Of a DNA stretch of 45,143 nucleotides, positions 20,820-32,430 are shown piece after piece. Each line of letters begins with the position of its first letter. Positions within the stretch are counted from its first letter, which is position 1. The notes under the pieces are model-generated. The model searched no databases, was not told where the DNA came from, and saw only the letters and a list, made by a program, of their open reading frames with translations. This DNA comes from Octopus bimaculoides (lineage: Eukaryota), in assembly GCF_001194135.2 (NCBI RefSeq), contig NC_068982.1, positions 191,096,420-191,141,562 of the forward strand, in the 5' to 3' direction. The position numbers and the translations under genes are program-made.

Positions 20820-21296
20820 CTATACCCATCAGATAAGAGTACACCAGGCATGACAGGGTGATTTCATATCAAGATAAACTGCATGACCTTGCAGGTGGGG
20901 CCCAGTCAGAATTTTCTTCAGGTCAAGTAGCTCATCCCTCACAAAAGGTCCCTGAATAAGGCTTGTTTCAGGATGATGAATGAAACACCCAGGTTTCGAG
21001 GGGTAAATTATTCAAACCCCAAAGAACTCCTCTCAGCACATGGCTATGATGCTCCCCCACTACTTCTGCTCATGATCAGAGATGCACATATTGTCAGCCA
21101 CTAAGGGACATGCTCAACTGGTTAAGGTCAAACAACTGACAAGCAAATCTGTGGTATTGAGCAGAATGTTTGCTGTAGGCCATCTTTTATATCAAGACAA
21201 AACAATGTACATGATAACATTTCCAATCAATTAAGATCAGAAGCCATGAGAGCCACTACCTGGTACTGCATCAGTATTATTATTATTATTATTGTA

Positions 21297-21500
21297 CTGA
21301 TAGAATCATTAGCATTCCAGACAAAATGCTTGCCAGCATTTTGTCTGCCTTTATGTTCAGAGTTCAAATTCCAGTGAGGTCGACTTTGTCTTTCACTCTT
21401 TCAGGGTCAATAAAGTAAGTATCAGTTGCGTATTGGGGGTCGATGTAATTGATTTACTCCTCTCTGAAATTGCCGGCCTTGTGCCAAAATCTGAAACCAA
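21297..21500 (+). mobile_element. SINE family B copy (CpG-decayed)
   Basis: GAGTTCAAATTCC..GAGGTCGACTTTG...GGCCTTGTGCCAAAA. Confidence 0.75.
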
Positions 21501-21759
21501 TATTATCAGATTTAATAACTGTTTGTTGTAGAGAAGTATTTGGGATGGAAATGATAATTGCCAAGATGCAGAGTAGAAGATACAGGGGCCCCTTACAATG
21601 AAGAGGGCTGTTTAGTATTGTTGATGGCACAACCACCCCTCTGTTGCTGGTGCCATGGTTAAAGAGATCCAGTACACGCTGTCAAATGATCGGTATTAGA
21701 ATCAGAGGGACAGGCAGGAAGCATACATGGGAAAGGGAGGGAGTAAGAAAAAGCAAAGG

Positions 21760-21761
<2 letters not shown>

Positions 21762-21800
<39 letters not shown>
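21762..21800. repeat. (GA)n microsatellite ~90 bp inside the intron after the first coding exon
   Basis: Directly visible. Confidence 0.9.
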
Positions 21801-21802
<2 letters not shown>

Positions 21803-21888
21803 TACAATGGTAAAGAGAATTTAAAAAGGAATTTCAAATAAGTGATGAATAAAAGTGAAGGAGACAAGAGAGTTGCTGTGTGACTGAC

Positions 21889-22261
21889 CTTCCATTTTTA
21901 ATGTGTCTAAACATTTCTCTTCTGTCTGAACCTCAACTGGACAAGACTTGGGCAACAACACGGGTGAAGAACAGGCTTTTGTTATTGTTGCTGTTGTTGT
22001 TGTTGGTGGTGGTGTTTGCTGTGGTGTTGGTTGTGGTGGTTGAAGTTGTGATGGCTGTACTGGTGGTACTGATGGTGGTGGTGGTGGTGGTGATGGTGTA
22101 GGTGTTGCTGTTAACTGAAGGTGATTCTCCATCGACTGCATCTGCACAAACTGTCGCTCACCTACCGGCGATGAACAATACAGAGTACTGCGCTTTGTCG
22201 CTGCTAGTTTCCTTCTTTTACGATTTCCATATTCGACTGATTTTTTTTTAACTCGAGGCAT
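21889..22261 (-). CDS. First coding exon of a 1444-aa disordered nuclear-type protein (exon extends as 5'UTR to the acceptor at 22364)
   Basis: ATG at 22261-22259 with A at -3 and an in-frame TAA upstream. 124 codons MPRVKKK...DTLKME, then a phase-1 donor GAAG|GTCAGT. Upstream acceptor is long polypyrimidine-TTATTCAG| at 22364. Basic N-terminus KKKSVEYGNRKRRK and a Pro/Thr-rich tract. Confidence 0.85.
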
Positions 22262-22276
22262 AGTTTCCAGAAAGAA

Positions 22277-22355
22277 TTACTTCATCAAACTCTCTTTGAA
22301 AAGCAACTTCAGGTAAATGTTACAACAATGCAGGACAGGTAGGAAAATATTTCAT
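22277..22355 (-). promoter_or_regulatory. Two upstream ORFs in the 5'UTR part of the first coding exon
   Basis: ATG...TAA 22355-22320 (MKYFPTCPALL*) and ATG AAG TAA 22285-22277, which ends 15 nt before the main ATG. Confidence 0.45.
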
Positions 22356-22641
22356 TGTTGGACGCTGAATAAAATAGAAAATAAAAAAGAAAAAAGATCA
22401 AAATACAAAGAGAAACAACAAAACAAAACTAATTTATTCGTCACACCCCTGGTTTAATGTTAAATCTTCCATAGTTTTAGCTTAGCCCCATGTTTAAGTC
22501 ACACCCCAGTTTTTGTAATTTAAAATCATAAAATAGTAGGAATTATGTATGAGTAAATAGGGTGTATCTATAAATGATGGTTAAATGGTTATGAGACGTT
22601 AAATGATGATGATAATGAATGTTGACTGAACAAGTGTAATA

Positions 22642-23080
22642 CACAGGGGTTGGACAAAATAATGTCAACACCTAACATCTTAATTTTGAAATATCCATAA
22701 AACCATCAAAAGCTTGGAATTGGTCCCTAGAGCAGTGGAAGAATGTTATTTTCTTGGATGAGTCATCCCTTACCTTATTTCTGACCACAGGCCGAGTATA
22801 CGTGTGGAGACAGCCAAAAAAAAGCATTTGACCCAGACTGCCTTCTTCCAACTGTTAAACATGGAGGAGGATCTGGAGGGGCTATATCTTGAAAATCCAC
22901 TGGCCCAATGGTTTTCCTTCATAGCAGAATTAATAGTCAATCATTTCATCTGATCAAATTCATCCTTTATCTGGCCATCACAATCCCCAGATCTCAATAT
23001 TATTGAACATTTATGATGCATTTTAGAAAAACAAGTAAGGCGTTGACATCCTCCACCATCATCACTACAAGAACTACCAG
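22642..23080 (+). mobile_element. Internally deleted Tc1-like transposon
   Basis: Left end CAGGGGTTGGACAAAATAATG. Remnants NWSLEQWKNVIFLDES, TVKHGGGS and WPSQSPDLNIIEHL*. The middle catalytic-D region is missing. Confidence 0.8.
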
Positions 23081-24067
23081 CTCACCACCTTCATCCAAAC
23101 AACGATGCATCTATTTATTTTTCAATACGTTTAGACAGGTTTCAATGCGAACATGCTGATCGCTGTGATTTTTCATCATCAGAGAACATCTCCTCCCTTT
23201 TAAACGTTCATAACAGGTACAATCCATTGATATAAAAGGGCTTTGAGATACTGCAGTGTTTCAGCCTTATTGTATGTCTCCTTAGTCAAAGTTATCCCCT
23301 CCACTTACTGAACTGGGGAGCTCTTGCTTATAGAAACCAGCAAACAAAATACTTGCTGATGTCTGGCAAACCAATAATAATTTACAGGGAGGAGCATGCA
23401 CGACAGCTGATTCTTATAAACAAAAGCTCATTCTGAGGAGACACAAAATAAGGTCAAAACATCTTGGTATTTCAAAACTCCCCCAATGGTTAATTACATC
23501 TTATAAACGAAAGCTGTCTGAAGGGAGATGTCCTCTACTGACATAAAAAAACAACAGCAATCAGATATTCATAATAGATTCGGCCAGAATCTGCTATGGA
23601 TCAACAGATATGTTATTACACTTATCATCATCATCATCATCATCAGTCGTTTAACATCCACTTTTTCTGATCCATGCTTGCATGGGTCAGATGTAATTTG
23701 TTGAGGCAGATCTTCTATGGCCAGATGCCCTTCCTGTTACCAACCCCCATCTGTTTCCAGGTAAGGGAATATTTTTCAATGGAAGATTGGAAACAAAGGA
23801 CACAGGATGTTAAATGATGATGATGATGGCACAAGCTTCTTTCAGTTTCATCAAGCAAATCCACTTAGAAAGCTTTGGTCAACCCAGGGGTATAAAAGAC
23901 ACTTGCCCAGTGTACTGCACAGTGGAACTGAACCCAAGATCACATGGTTGGAAAGCAAGCTTCTTAACCAAAGATCCATGTCTGCGTCTCACTTCTGTTT
24001 TATTTATTATTCAATAATAACATTATATATTCATATATTAAATATATAACACATACAGTCACCTGTA

Positions 24068-24475
24068 CTGTAAATCAGGTAGTTCATGAAGGAGTCATAC
24101 CCAATGACTGGTGTGGCAGCACCATGGTCAACTGCTACAAAGGTAAAGGTGATGCTTTAGACAGAAATAAGTTCCTTTTGAGTGTTGGGCCTAATAGAGG
24201 CAAAGTGGCCAAGTTCCTTTCAAGTGTTGGGTCTCACGGAGGCAATAACCAACACCTTTGGCATTATGTTGTGCTTGAGAAGAAGACCCATCAAGCCAAG
24301 TGAACTGGCAGATGTGGCAATATACCGGTGTCATGCAAATTGGCACGTAAACGCACCTGGGTGTCATACAAATGGCACCCATGCCAGTGGCACATAAAAA
24401 GCACCCATTACACTCTCAGAGTGGTTGGCATCAGGAAGGGCATCCAGCCGTATAAAACCATGCCAAATCAGACTG
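24068..24475 (+). mobile_element. Internally deleted RTE derivative (RT N-terminal piece joined to 3' end)
   Basis: VVHEGVIPNDWCGSTMVNCYKGKGDALDRN (24079-24168) runs directly into the LGLTEA-type ORF end and 3'UTR. Confidence 0.65.
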
Positions 24476-24780
24476 AAGGCTGTGTGTTGTGTCCTTAGGC
24501 AAGACACTTTATTTTATGTTGCTTCAGATCACTCGGCTGCAGAAATGAGATGTGACGTCACTGGTGCCAAGCTGTATCAGCCTTTGCCTTTCCCTTGGAT
24601 AACACTGGTGGTGTGGTGACGGGAGGCCAGTATGCATGGGCGACTGCTGGTCTTCCATAAAAACAACCTTGCTCGGACTTGTGCCTTGGAGGGGGAACTT
24701 CCTAGGTGCAATCCCTTGGTTATTCGTTAGTGAAGGTTTTTACCCTCTGCCCTTTATATATATATATACACACACACACG

Positions 24781-24923
24781 ACAGGCTTCTTCTAGTTTCC
24801 ATCTACAAAAAACTACTCACAAGGCTTTGATCATCCCAGGCCTATTGTAGGAGACATCCATCCAATGTGCTACACATGGTACTGAACTCGGAACCATGTG
24901 GTTGGGAAGCAAGCATCTTACCA
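24781..24923 (-). mobile_element. Family A SINE head
   Basis: Reverse complement reads GGTAAGATGCTTGCTTCCCAACCACATGGTTCCGAGTTCAGTACC...GAAGCC. Confidence 0.7.
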
Positions 24924-25344
24924 TATATGTGTGTGCGTGTGTTTGTCCCTCTCCACTGCTTGACAACGGGTGTTGATTTCTTTGTCCTAACTTAATGGTT
25001 CGGCAAAAAGAAGATAAAAAAAAAGTACCAGACTGTCAAAACCAAAAAAAAAAAAAGAAAAACAAAAAGCGTACTGGGGTCTATTAGTTCAATTATAAAA
25101 CCCTTCAAGGCTGTGCCTCAGCACCTCCATCGTCCAATGGCACGGGTAAAAAAAAATGAAAGACGCTCAAACATTAGTGTCTATATATATATTAAATACA
25201 CCCACACACACACATCAATTGGTGCATATGTACCCATAACTCTTTGCAGCCATATGACGTTGTTACGTCCCTTGGAACTATTTCGCTGTTATTATCTTCC
25301 TCTAGTCATCATCATCACTATAATGGTGTAAGCATTATGAAAAT

Positions 25345-25494
25345 AATCGTCAACATGCCAGACAACATGTTCAGCGGCATTTCGTCCGGCTTTACGTTTA
25401 AGGGTCGATAAAATAAGTAACAGTTAAGCACTGGAGTCGATTATATCGACTCCCTCCCCCGAATTTGCTGGCCTTGTGCAAAAATTTGGAAACT
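25345..25494 (+). mobile_element. SINE family B copy, internally deleted
   Basis: GGCATTTCGTCCG..GGGTCGATAAAATAAG..GGCCTTGTGCAAAAA. Confidence 0.7.
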
Positions 25495-26120
25495 AATATT
25501 TTATATAACGAATTAATTCCAATAGATTGGTCAAAATGAAAAAGTCTAATGATATATTTATTCGAACTTCCAAAAGGCGAGCAGACGAGATGGTCCCAGA
25601 AATGAACCACCCGAGACGTGGACGCTTTACTGTCACAATTTGGATTCAATGAACTAAAGAAAGAGCTTCTACTTAGCCACTAAATTCGCTCAAAATAGCA
25701 GCCAAATTTCCCTCAACTCCCCATCACCATTACGTTCGTGAGATTATTCCAGTCCTAGAAATATACTTAAAAAATCGAGATGGTCATGACTAGAATATGT
25801 ATGATCACACGATTCCTTCGCACCACCTAAGAATCCAAAGAACGCACGGCGCCAAGAATATTCACAGACCTGAATGTCGTCGTTGTCGTCTTCAGTCGAA
25901 CAAGATTATTTCTTGGGAGTCTGTACTAAATGTACCGAGTATTGACAATTTTACAGATGGAAACATTAACCACACTGTCTGATATTGCAACGAACATAAC
26001 TTGAAAGAAAAAAGATCAGGAAACCATTTGAAGAAAAGAAAGAAGGAAAAACATGTGAAAGCAAAACGTTCCTTCTGACTTCTTCCGATATTGTCGCGTT
26101 TGATGTTCAGAAATAATATT

Positions 26121-26333
26121 GGTTTCAAATATTTGGCACAAGGCCAGCAATTTTAGGGGAGGGGCTAAGTCGATTACATCGACCCCAGTGCTCAACTGCT
26201 ACCTTATTTTATCAACCCCGAAAGGATGACAGGCAAAGTCGACCTCGGCGGAATTTGAACTCAGAAACGTAATGATGGACGAAATACGGTGAAGCATTTT
26301 GCCTGGCGTGCTAATAATTCTACCAGCTCGCCG
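26121..26333 (-). mobile_element. SINE family B copy (CpG-rich)
   Basis: TTGGCACAAGGCCAGCAATTT...AAAGTCGACCTCGGCGGAATTTGAACTC...CCAGCTCGCC. Confidence 0.8.
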
Positions 26334-27344
26334 TTTTATGTTCAGAAATAATATTGAAGAATTGTGACGACCTTGAAAATGGTTACTGCAACAGTGGCAG
26401 TTTTAACGACTGAATGTTGGCAACTAGAACATTTCTGATCGTAACGCTACTCATCCATGGTTGATCTGGAGCTAAACAACATCTATCACTATTTTTCTCT
26501 TCTCTAAGACATTTAACATTTAACTTACCTTCAACCTGAGTACAACAATGGTTTGAAAGAGTTTCTTAACGACTGCCTACGAAGGCATTCTCTAAACTAT
26601 TTGCCATCATCTAGAAGGATTAAATTACTTCTATCACTTATATTGCTCCAGCTGGCCTAAAAAAAACAAACAATATGACAAGTACAAGTAAACGTGGGTT
26701 CAGTAAGCAACACACAGGTGTGGCCTGTGTGGTTTAATGCACAGCACAGAGGAATGACCCAGTGTTGTTGAGAAGTTCACAATAATCTGATCAAGGTTTG
26801 ACCTTACAGTGTGATGGACAAATGTCTTGACTCACAGGCTCAGGTCAAGCCAATACTTGTCGTCACTGAATCTGGGTCAAGACAATCCATAGAAGTGCAT
26901 CTGTTCTTGAGTGACCACCCTGTTCAATACTATCCCCTGATCATCCTTGGTGACTAAGCAGGGCCCATTCTGTAGCAAAATATTCAGACCAAGTCTCATT
27001 GCTCCTGACTGGTATCTTCAGGGTCAGTCTCAACAAAAGATCACACAAAATGACCTTTGACCTCCGATTAAGCCATAAAAATGTGAATGGAGGCAGTAAA
27101 ACCTACTGAAGCCAACAAGAGGAGGGGAGAGAAGAATTCCCTTAAGATGAGGGGCAAGCAAGGTTGTATGGTTAAGAAGTTTGTTTCCCAGCCACAAGGT
27201 TTCTAATTCAGCCCCACTGGTTCATACACTGGGCAAGTGACTCCTGAGAATTCTTGAATATTGAGATTTTCTTCCCATTTCAAGTGGAATTAGTCAAAAG
27301 TGCCATTTGGTAATTATGATGCATTCTCTATAGGCAGTATCATC

Positions 27345-27652
27345 GTCACTGGACTATCATGTCTTCAGCCCCGTGAAAAAGGGTTTGAGAGGCAAACATT
27401 ATTCCAGTGATGAGGAAGTGAAAACTGTAGTGAAAAAGTGGCTCAAAGAACAGTTAACAGAATTTTACGGGGCAGGGATACATACTCTCATTCGAAGGTG
27501 GAACATTGCTATTGAGAGGAACGGTGACTATGTTGAGAAGTAGGGATGTGATCCACAGAGGACCAGCTTCATTTTAATGTATGATACATGTCCCTGTGTT
27601 GGTAATTATAACCTGTCCTAAACAAAATGGCATTACTTTTTGACTCACCCTC
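27345..27652 (+). mobile_element. 3' fragment of a second mariner family
   Basis: 27352-27543 encodes DYHVFSPVKKGLRGKHYSSDEEVKTVVKKWLKEQLTEFYGAGIHTLIRRWNIAIERNGDYVEK*. It is followed by the TIR-like GGCATTACTTTTTGACTCACCCTC. Confidence 0.85.
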
Positions 27653-27995
27653 AGATATATAGATGGATACACACATACATACCTATATATATATATATAT
27701 ATATNNNNNNNNNNNNNNNNNNNNNNNNNNNNNNNNNNNNNNNNNNNNNNNNNNNNNNNNNNNNNNNNNNNNNNNNNNNNNNNNNNNNNNNNNNNNNNNN
27801 NNNNNNNNNNNNNNNNNNNNNNNNNNNNNNNNNNNNNNNNNNNNNNNNNNNNNNNNNNNNNNNNNNNNNNNNNNNNNNNNNNNNNNNNNNNNNNNNNNNN
27901 NNNNNNNNNNNNNNNNNNNNNNNNNNNATATATATATATATATATATACATACACATACTTGTAAACAAACACACATGATGGTGATGATTTATAT

Positions 27996-28099
27996 CAAAC
28001 TAGAGTCTGGTGCAACCTTCCAACTTACCAGCTCTGGTCAAACCGTCCAACCCATGCCAGCATGGACAACAGATATTAAATGATGATGATGATGATGAT
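27996..28099 (+). mobile_element. Short RTE-3'UTR-derived tail
   Basis: GTCAAACCGTCCAACCCATGCCAGCATGG..TAAATGATGATGAT. Confidence 0.65.
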
Positions 28100-28693
28100 G
28101 TATGTATTTGCATCTCCTAGTCTTGACATAACATAATAATTGTAAGTGAACATCAGTCTCATGTAAATGGTGCTACACATTTTCAGTTTTCCATAGAAAT
28201 ATTACCTTACTAGCAAAACAAGTAAAGGTTGAAGACAGAAAGAGCATCCAGCCATAGAAAATCTACTTCAATAAATTCTATCTCACCATTGCATAGAAAA
28301 GTCAACAAGAAAACAATGATTATGATAATGCAAAGTGTTTGTGCAAGTCTGTTATAGTAAAACAACAAAAAAATAAAGGAAAAAAACAAAGGATTCACAT
28401 GGAATCAGAATAGGTTCTGATGTGGAATTGACAAGAACTGAAAGTAAAGAGTAGAAAATTTGGAATTATTTCGTTTGATATAAAACAGAATTATTTATAA
28501 AGAATTTGACAGATGATTTGAAATGCTTGCTCCAACTTCAATCAGGACGGTTTTAAAAGAAACTCATGTAGATGCACAATCTTCAAAGTAGTTTTGGTGA
28601 GGATGCTTTCAAAACAAACAGTGAAAAACTGAGCTCTGAAAATTGGTTTCTGCAACTGCAGCAGCAACGCTGGATGCAGAGAGAGGAAAAAAT

Positions 28694-28905
28694 TATTTCG
28701 AATTTTGGCACAAGGCCAGCAATTTCGAGGGTAGGGGTAAGTTGATTATATCAACCCCAATACTCAACTGGTAGTTATTTTATCTTGAAAGGGTGAGAGA
28801 CAAAGTCAATTCCAACAGCATTTGAACCCAGACCAGAAAGAGTCAGAAGAAATGCTGCTGAACATTTTTCCCAGCATGCTAACAATTCTGCAAGCTGGCA
28901 GCCAT
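28694..28905 (-). mobile_element. SINE family B copy (CpG-decayed)
   Basis: TTGGCACAAGGCCAGCAATTT...AAAGTCAATTCCAACAGCATTTGAACCC. Confidence 0.75.
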
Positions 28906-29507
28906 ATTAATAATAATAATAATAATAAATGAATGACAAACCGCTGCTTGATTAAAAATGATAGAATATATTTTAATAACTTTTAAAGTTTAATTGAGAT
29001 CGTTAGAGATGTGAGCCTAGACTAAACTCTCACATACATAATTACATCATATGTAATTAAAAGTGACCTTGTTTATGCCAGTATCTTTCATTTAAAGATG
29101 GATTAACACTATTTCACATCCAAATATTTAATTGCACAATCAAGAGGCAGAGAGTTCTTCCAAAACTCTACTGACCATTTACTGCCAAGTTCCACATTGG
29201 AACTTATTGGCTCCACCTCATTCATTTGTTTATATTTCTGTTTTTGACTAGTTTTTTTAATCTTCCTTTATCTGTCTTTCATAAATTTCTATCACCACAA
29301 AATTTTTCTGTATAGGCTTCAAGGAAGTTTCACTGCTTTTATTCACATTTTTTTTTTCCAGTTTAATCAGAGGTCAAAGGTCAAGGTAAATGACCTTTTG
29401 TAAAGATTCTGAGACTGAAGATGTTTGTGAGCAATCAGACATCATCATAAAGACAATTCTGAAATGGCTTACATAGTTATGGTTGGGGTTAGTTCTATAG
29501 ATCAGTG

Positions 29508-29550
29508 GTTCTCAACAAGGGGCCATATGGCCCTTGAGGGTCCATATAGG
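29508..29550 (+). mobile_element. hAT-type terminus fragment
   Basis: CAGTGGTTCTCAAC is a typical hAT/Charlie terminal motif. Related sequence occurs in reverse at 3336-3415. Confidence 0.4.
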
Positions 29551-29645
29551 ATTTTGTTGCTGCAATAAATTGTTTATTCTTCTAAAATACACAAAATATT
29601 TTAATAATGTTTCTAAAATACAATTCCTAATAATATTTAATCACA

Positions 29646-29808
29646 AGGCACATGAGTGACTGTGTGGTTAGAAACTTGCTTTCCAACCACATGGTTCCGG
29701 GTGCAGTTCCACTGCGTGGCACCTTGGGCAAGTGTCTTCTACAATAGCCTCGGGCTGATCAAAGCCTTGTGAGTGGATTTGGTAGACGGAAACTGAAAGA
29801 AGCCCATC

Positions 29809-29810
<2 letters not shown>
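29646..29810 (+). mobile_element. Family A SINE head, well preserved
   Basis: GACTGTGTGGTTAGAAACTTGCTTTCCAACCACATGGTTCCGGG...GACGGAAACTGAAAGAAGCCC, followed by (TA)n. Confidence 0.8.
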
Positions 29811-29848
<38 letters not shown>

Positions 29849-30193
29849 NNNNNNNNNNNNNNNNNNNNNNNNNNNNNNNNNNNNNNNNNNNNNNNNNNNN
29901 NNNNNNNNNNNNNNNNNNNNNNNNNNNNNNNNNNNNNNNNNNNNNNNNNNNNNNNNNNNNNNNNNNNNNNNNNNNNNNNNNNNNNNNNNNNNNNNNNNNN
30001 NNNNNNNNNNNNNNNNNNNNNNNNNNNNNNNNNNNNNNNNNNNNNNNNNNNNNNNNNNNNNNNNNNNNNNNNNNNNNNNNNNNNNNNNNNNNNNNNNNNN
30101 NNNNNNNNNNNNNNNNNNNNNNNNNNNNNNNNNNNNNNNNNNNNNNNNNNNNNNNNNNNNNNNNNNNNNNNNNNNNNNNNNNNNNNNNNNNNN

Positions 30194-30237
<44 letters not shown>

Positions 30238-30270
30238 GGATGGATTAGATGGGCGAATGGATATAGCAGA

Positions 30271-30430
30271 CATGATGGGCTTCTTTCAGTTCCTGCCTAC
30301 CATTCAGAAGGGTTTAGTCAGCCTAGAGCTACAGTATTAAACACTCACCCAAAGTACCACACAATGAGATTGAACTCAAAACCACATGGTCAAGACATAA
30401 ATTTCTAAAACCACACAGCCACGCCTGCAT
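30271..30430 (-). mobile_element. Family A SINE head
   Basis: Reverse complement reads GGCGTGGCTGTGTGG...GAGTTCAATCTC...GAACTGAAAGAAGCCC. Confidence 0.7.
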
Positions 30431-30731
30431 CTAAATAAATTCTAAATATGGAATATATTGCTTGAACTTAAAGCCTGCCATCTCTATTCACACCAGAAGA
30501 GATTCCATAAGGTGCCCCCAGGCAGGGAAACTGGGATTAAAAACTCACATCAGGTAGAGATGAAACCTTTTAACCCTTTTGTTACCCCATTCCTGATGAA
30601 ACAGTCTTCCTTTATTTCAATTAATTTTGAAAATAAAGTAGAATTTAGTAAAGCAACTTTGTCATAATCTGATGTTTGGAATAATAAATCAACATGGAAT
30701 TTTTGATGGAAGGTTTTTAATTAAAACTCCT

Positions 30732-30949
30732 TTAACCCATTAGCATTCTGATTTCTCTGTCAAATGTTCTGCTCATTTATTCATATTGTCTTGAAGTAAT
30801 CACGCATTATCTCTCAGCTTCAATGTGATTGTTCATTTTTACAATGGCATTGTAGTGTAGGTGTGAGAGGCTGGATTTGGCCAGTTTGAACATAAGAAAA
30901 GGTGGAATATTTTGACGGGATATGGCTGGCTTGAGTGCTAAAGGACTAA
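30732..30949. mobile_element. piggyBac-type MITE, same family as 18157-18383
   Basis: TTAACCCATTAGCATTC...CTCTGTCAAATG...GGCCAGTTTGAACATAA...TGCTAAAGG. Confidence 0.6.
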
Positions 30950-31387
30950 GCCAGGAGGCAATTTTGAATCAAAGAACCAACAGCGAAGGCAGGATGGTAT
31001 CCTAAGGTTTAATCCTGCCAGACAAACTTCTCTTGAATTGGTGGAAAATAAAATACACCCAGCCTATGTTATAAAATGGTCAAAAGTGATAATAAAAGAG
31101 GGCATCCACCCACAAATGTTAGCAGTTTTCTCTATTGATGTGAGATGAAGGACTGTAACAAGTGGCAAGACACTATAGGATCCATCTAACCCATGCCAGT
31201 GTGGTACAGTGGACATAAAACAATGATGATGACAACAGGGAATTCTACTGATCAAGGTTTAACAACCAGATTGGATTAGCCCAGCAAGTAAGAGGAAATA
31301 TTCCTTCTGCTATAAGTTGTATTGCTAGCGACTGTTGCACCATCGAAAACATTTTAGCTGCAACTTTTCCATATTTTTGTCAGTGTT

Positions 31388-31690
31388 TTATTATTATTAT
31401 TATTATTCAGGTCACTGCCTGGAATCGAACTCGGAATCTTGGGGTTAGTTGCCCGTGCTCTTAACCACTATGCCATATGTCCGTGGGCTACTAACCCCAA
31501 GATTCCAAGTTCGATTCCAGGCAGTGACCTGAATAATAATAATAACATCAAAAAATACCATAGGAATGAGAACCCAGGTTCGAAATTTCCCCAAGACACC
31601 TGATGAAGGCTGGAGGGTATATCAGCCGAAACGTTGTGTTAACAACAAACAAGATGAGGACAAATATCTGTCAAATGTAAATAATGTACA
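31388..31690. mobile_element. Composite tRNA-derived head + (AAT)n + Penelope-like hammerhead tail, with inverted partial duplication
   Basis: Minus-strand head 31388-31482 with A box TGGCATAGTGG and B box GTTCGATTCC. An inverted plus-strand truncated head follows from ~31485, then (AAT)n and the hammerhead tail. Confidence 0.65.
31595..31640 (+). ncRNA. Minimal type-I hammerhead ribozyme motif (Penelope/retrozyme-like), core intact
   Basis: Stem I GACAC/GTGTT. Core CTGATGA (31600-31606) plus an extra A. Stem II GGCTG/CAGCC with a 10-nt loop. GAAA, loop-less palindromic stem III ACGT, and a GUU cleavage triplet. Confidence 0.7.
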
Positions 31691-32430
31691 TAATTGCATC
31701 ATGTCTGTATCAATGCAGTTTGGTTGGGGTTTTACATATGTTGGGTGTTTTATACTGTCACTAATACATATGTGAAGGCATGTAACTTAGTGGTTACAGT
31801 GTTTGACTCCAAATCGTAAGGATGTGAGTTCAATACCCAGCAGCATTGTGTCCTTGAGCAAGACACATTATTTCACATTGCTCCAGTCTATTCACTAGGC
31901 TGGCAAAGTTGTACCAGTGATTCAAAAGGGGCCAAACTTGTTCCATTCTGTGTCATGCTGAACTACGTGATGGGTATGTGTATTTGTGGAGTGTTCAGCT
32001 ACTTGCACGTTATGTTTGTGAGCAAATTGTTCAATTGACTGGATCAACTGGACTGCTTATCATCCTAACCAACAGCTAGAATAGTCACACACTATAGTGT
32101 ATAGTGTATAATTGCTGATAAGACACAGCACACACAGCCAAGGGTTCATGTATTGTTTCTATTCTAGATCCAGTGTAAGTTTCATGTCACTTTTTATCAA
32201 ATAAATGAATTCTTTATGGTTTCTAATAAACTCTGTGGCAGAGTTACAAGCAGATGTCGTTCTTAAACATAATTGTTCTTAATTGATGTTCTTTCAGTTT
32301 AAGATTCTCACCTATTAACAATCACAGGTTACCAAGCAGAAGACAACTATTTGTACAATGCCGTTGCTGTTTAGCAGCCACCTCAATCACTGGAAGGTAA
32401 TACTTCACAATCATCATCACCAATGTCTTC

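Larger units (their letters stand above)
25100..26400. promoter_or_regulatory. CpG-retaining island; candidate promoter region for the minus-strand gene
   Basis: Visibly CpG-rich relative to both flanks. SINE copies here keep their CpGs. It lies ~2.7-4 kb upstream of the exon acceptor at 22364. No TSS or first exon could be pinned. Confidence 0.35.

Noticed and set aside
30593-30599. Another hammerhead (CTGATGA)
   Set aside because: No stem II, GAAA or stem I in the right arrangement.
31388-31482. tRNA gene
   Set aside because: A and B boxes are present but no convincing cloverleaf was seen; it is treated as a SINE-type head.
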